DNA of 64,000 nucleotides from Callorhinchus milii (Eukaryota), in assembly GCF_018977255.1 (NCBI RefSeq), contig NW_024704742.1:744001-808000 (forward strand). Reading direction: 5' to 3'. Numbering within the stretch: position 1 is the stretch's first letter; each line of letters starts with the position of its first letter. The notes beneath the pieces were generated by a model, which did no database searches, had not been told where the DNA came from, and saw only the letters and a program-made list of their open reading frames with translations. A program made the translations under genes and the position numbers. Shown one piece after another: positions 60,568 through 64,000 of this stretch.

Positions 60568-62005
60568 CCCACCTCACACCTGCCCACCTCACACCTGCCC
60601 ACCTCACACCTGCCCACCTCACACCTGCCCACCTCACTCCTGCCCACCTCACTCTGCCCACCTCACTCTGCCCACCTCACTCTGCCCACCTCACACCTGC
60701 CCACCTCACACCTGCCCACCTCACACCTGCCCACCTCACTCTGCCCACCTCACTCTGCCCACCTCACACCTGCCCACCTCACACCTGCCCACCTCACTCT
60801 GCCACCTCATCCTGCCCCCCACACCTGCCCACCTCACACCTGCCCACCTCACTCTGCCCACCTCACACCTGCCCACCTCACTCTGCCCACCTCACTCTGC
60901 CCACCTCATCCTGCCCACCTCACACCTGCCCACCTCATCCTGCCCACCTCACACCTGCCCACCTCACTCTGCCCACCTCACTCTGCCCACCTCACACCTG
61001 CCCACACTCTGCCCACCTCACCCTGCCCACCTCACTCTGCCCACCTCACACCTGCCCACACTCTGCCCACCTCACACCTGCCCACCTCACACCTGCCCAC
61101 CTCACTCTGCCCACCTCACACCTGCCCACCTCACTCTGCCCACCTCACACCTGCCCACCTCACTCTGCCCACCTCACTCTGCCCACCTCACACCTGCCCA
61201 CCTCACACCTGCCCACCTCACTCTGCCCACCTCATCCTGCCCACCTCACACCTGCCCACCTCACACCTGCCCACCTCACTCTGCCCACCTCACACCTGCC
61301 CACCTCACTCTGCCCACCTCACTCTGCCCACCTCACACCTGCCCACCTCACACCTGCCCACCTCACTCTGCCCACCTCATCCTGCCCACCTCACACCTGC
61401 CCACCTCACACCTGCCCACCTCATCCTGCCCACCTCACACCTGCCCACCTCATCCTGCCCACCTCACACCTGCCCACCTCACTCTGCCCACCTCACTCTG
61501 CCCACCTCACACCTGCCCACACTCTGCCCACCTCACACCTGCCGACCTCACTCTGCCCACCTCACACCTGCCCACACTCTGCCCACCTCACACCTGCCCA
61601 CCTCACTCTGCCCACCTCACACCTGCCCACCTCACTCTGCCCACCTCACACCTGCCCACACTCTGCCCACCTCACACCTGCCCACCTCACTGCCCACCTC
61701 ACACCTGCCCACCTCACTCTGCCCACCTCACACCTGCCCACCTCACTCTGCCCACCTCACACCTGCCCACCTCACTCTGCCCACCTCACACCTGCCCACC
61801 TCACTCTGCCCACCTCACACCTGCCCACCTCACTCTGCCCACCTCACACCTGCCCACCTCACTCTGCCCACCTCACACCTGCCCACCTCACACCTGCCCA
61901 CCTCACTCTGCCCACCTCACCCTGCCCACCTCATCCTGCCCACCTCATCCTGCCCAACTCATACCTGCCCACCTCACACCTGCCCACCTCACACCTGCCC
62001 ACCTA
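60568..62005. repeat. ~1.44-kb minisatellite of interspersed 15-bp (cctgcccacctcaca) and 14-bp (ctgcccacctcact / cctgcccacctcat) units
   Basis: Direct reading; it explains the 510-aa PPHTC/AHLT ORF. Confidence 0.97.
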
Positions 62006-62261
62006 CGCACGAACACACCCATGGAGAGATTGCTGTGTTGAGATTAAACAGAAAGTCGCCACAAAAAGTGAGCTTCATTAATCGGCCGTGCATTCATGTA
62101 AATAAAGTTTCTGGCCCTGATTGGAGGCAGACTCGATCCATACTTGCCCAAGATGCTTCAGTGATCGCACTCTTTCCAGTTGTCTGTCTGTGCCATTTCA
62201 GCTTCAATGTCCTTTTGAACTCCGTGAGCTAGAAATTCCACCTGGATGGAGGGTGGAGGGT

Positions 62262-62630
62262 GGAGTCTTGTTGCGTTTTGATTAGAGCGCTCGCCTCCCA
62301 AACGAGAGGACATGTGTTTGTTTCCCAGGCAGGGACAAACTTTAGGCAAGTTTCCTTACCCTGTTTGCTTCTGTTTACAGTGTGTAGCAGTGTGTAGGTG
62401 CCCCGTTGTTAGTCAATTGGTGGATAGTTTTACAGGGATATTAGTCCCTCAAAAGAAAACTTGGTCAATCGAACCACGACTGTTTGTGGGACACTGCTGT
62501 GCGCAATTGGCTGCTGAGTTTTGCCCACAATATACAGAGTCAATCCACTTCACAATGTATTTTGTGAAGCGCTGTGAGACGTCTCAGCGATGTGATAAGG
62601 CGCTACATCAAATGCAAAGATTATTATTTA
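62262..62630 (+). mobile_element. Diverged full-length family A SINE
   Basis: ggagtcttgt...ttagagcgctcgcctccc...ggcaagtttccttac...gataaggcgctacatcaaatgcaaag(att)n. Confidence 0.85.
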
Positions 62631-63129
62631 CTCTGTTTGTGTCACATTTCAGGACACCAAGCATTCTTAAATACAGCTTTCGTTTTGAAGCCTGTCAGAT
62701 CTGCCGAAAATGCACTTCAACTAAATTCAACAATTCGCCAAATTCCGATTGCTCCGAAATAACTACAGTAAATAGAGTCAATCTAGACCAGGTGAGGTTT
62801 CTCTGCCAGTGCCTTCTCTCAGATAGCTTTCCCCAGTGTCAGCAGCATTCACAGTACACTGTGATGGTGGTACGGGGGAAACAACATAAAAAAGGAAGAA
62901 AATACGGTGGAGCCACAATTTTTCTCTGTTCCTCTTCCCCTCCACTATCCACCATTTTGAGGAAGAAAGGGGGGAACGGGCTTTGAGAAGAGGTAGATAA
63001 AGCTCATTACGACATCTTTAAATCTATCTCTACCATCCACTGCCCTCTAACTCGGTCCCATGGTTGGCCCAAACTGCAAGGTAACAGCATCTGAGATGCA
63101 ATCAGGGACTGATCAAAATTGTGTTGAAC

Positions 63130-63375
63130 ATTACAGCAAAAAATCTGGTCATTCAGCCCAACTTGTCCATGAAAATGTTTCTGTTGATCATGAGCCCCCA
63201 CCTTTCCTAATCCCCTCTCCCACATATCCCTCTTTCCCTCTATTCTCTTCTCTCTCAAGTATGCATTATGTTATTAATAAGTTGCCTCTCAAAGCTTTCT
63301 GGTTCAACCACAGCTTCCAGCAGTGAATTCCACATTCTGGCCAACTTCTGCTTGAAGAAGCTGCTTCCAATGTGA
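63130..63375 (-). mobile_element. Degraded CR1 3' end
   Basis: Minus strand gttggccagaatgtggaattcactgctggaagctgtggttgaa resembles RVVxxWNSLP..VVE, followed by a CR1-like 3' UTR. Confidence 0.55.
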
Positions 63376-64000
63376 AAGGTGTTATGTAATGTACAATTGT
63401 ATTGTATTACAGATGTGCTACTTACTATCTCATATTTATGACCCCTCAGTTTGGATTCACCAACAAGTGGAAACAGCCTATTAACATCCTCTTACATAGT
63501 GAGATCTTATATTGCATATGTCAGGGTCATCTGTGTTGGATCCGATTGATGGCCTGTCTATTAAAGATTGGGCCAAGAGGTTCAGCATTTGGGAACAGCA
63601 GCACTTAAGGCCTCAGTTAATAGGGCCAACAGTTTATAATGGAAAACATTTGCCCTTTGATGTGCTGCAAGGATCATCAATCCACTCAGTTGTGATGTTC
63701 CCTCTATTCCGGGATGCCTCCTGAGCGTGGGTTTGTGAAGTCCTGCTGTAGTCGAGTGCTTGTGGCAACCAACGCGTTGTCCCACAAGCCACTTATCTCA
63801 GGTTACTTGGGAACTCATCAACTCATCTCCTTTTTCACATTGTCCATCCTGCAATTCCATCCTGGTTTGTGAATTTGGAAATGCAGTTGAAGAATCCACT
63901 GTTTGAGCTTATGGTTCTTTGTAAGCAGATATGACTGTCTTGGCAGTCAGCACTCTTGTTGGCTCTAGTTTCAGTTGTAGAGTTAGTACATTACAAGCTA

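Noticed and set aside
60509..62041. 510-aa Pro/His/Cys-rich ORF
   Set aside because: It is a stop-free minisatellite; the peptide pattern shifts frame with the 14/15-bp unit variants, so there is no sign of codon-level constraint.
62312..62986. 224-aa ORF
   Set aside because: The first half is a family A SINE and the remainder has no recognisable domain.
50000..64000. Final AFG2A exon (expected to start with an I/V-x-A-V-C-R-E-A-A-like sequence)
   Set aside because: No such peptide was seen in the ORF track or by eye; it probably lies beyond the window, though a short exon could have been missed.

Overview
Vertebrate genomic DNA, not prokaryotic. The repeat families point to a cartilaginous fish, probably a holocephalan such as elephant shark or chimaera (inference). 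The only host coding sequence I can support is a 165-nt, phase 0-0 exon at 49550-49714 (+). It encodes the second-region-of-homology (arginine finger) part of the D2 AAA+ domain of AFG2A/SPATA5, so the rest of the window is probably two long introns. These introns hold many retroposons: a tRNA-Ala-headed SINE with an L2-type tail and (TTA)n end (10 copies with heads and many headless ones), Deu-domain SINEs, L2 and CR1 LINE fragments, and a Penelope-like fold-back insert with a 14-bp target-site duplication. There are also several mini- and microsatellites and repeat-free, motif-rich islands that may be conserved enhancers. Almost all ORFs in the supplied track are artefacts of repeats. I found no convincing new protein-coding system. 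The most interesting signals are: (i) modular SINE architecture with an apparent tail swap onto a co-resident L2 lineage, plus nested insertions; (ii) a 17-copy 28-bp array apparently amplified from a Pol III A-box/tRNA-like head; (iii) an isolated 30-nt 5' fragment of U2 snRNA; (iv) a 1.4-kb minisatellite nearly matching the Jeffreys 33.15 core; (v) candidate developmental enhancers. Repeat family names and boundaries are by eye and from memory, and need database confirmation.
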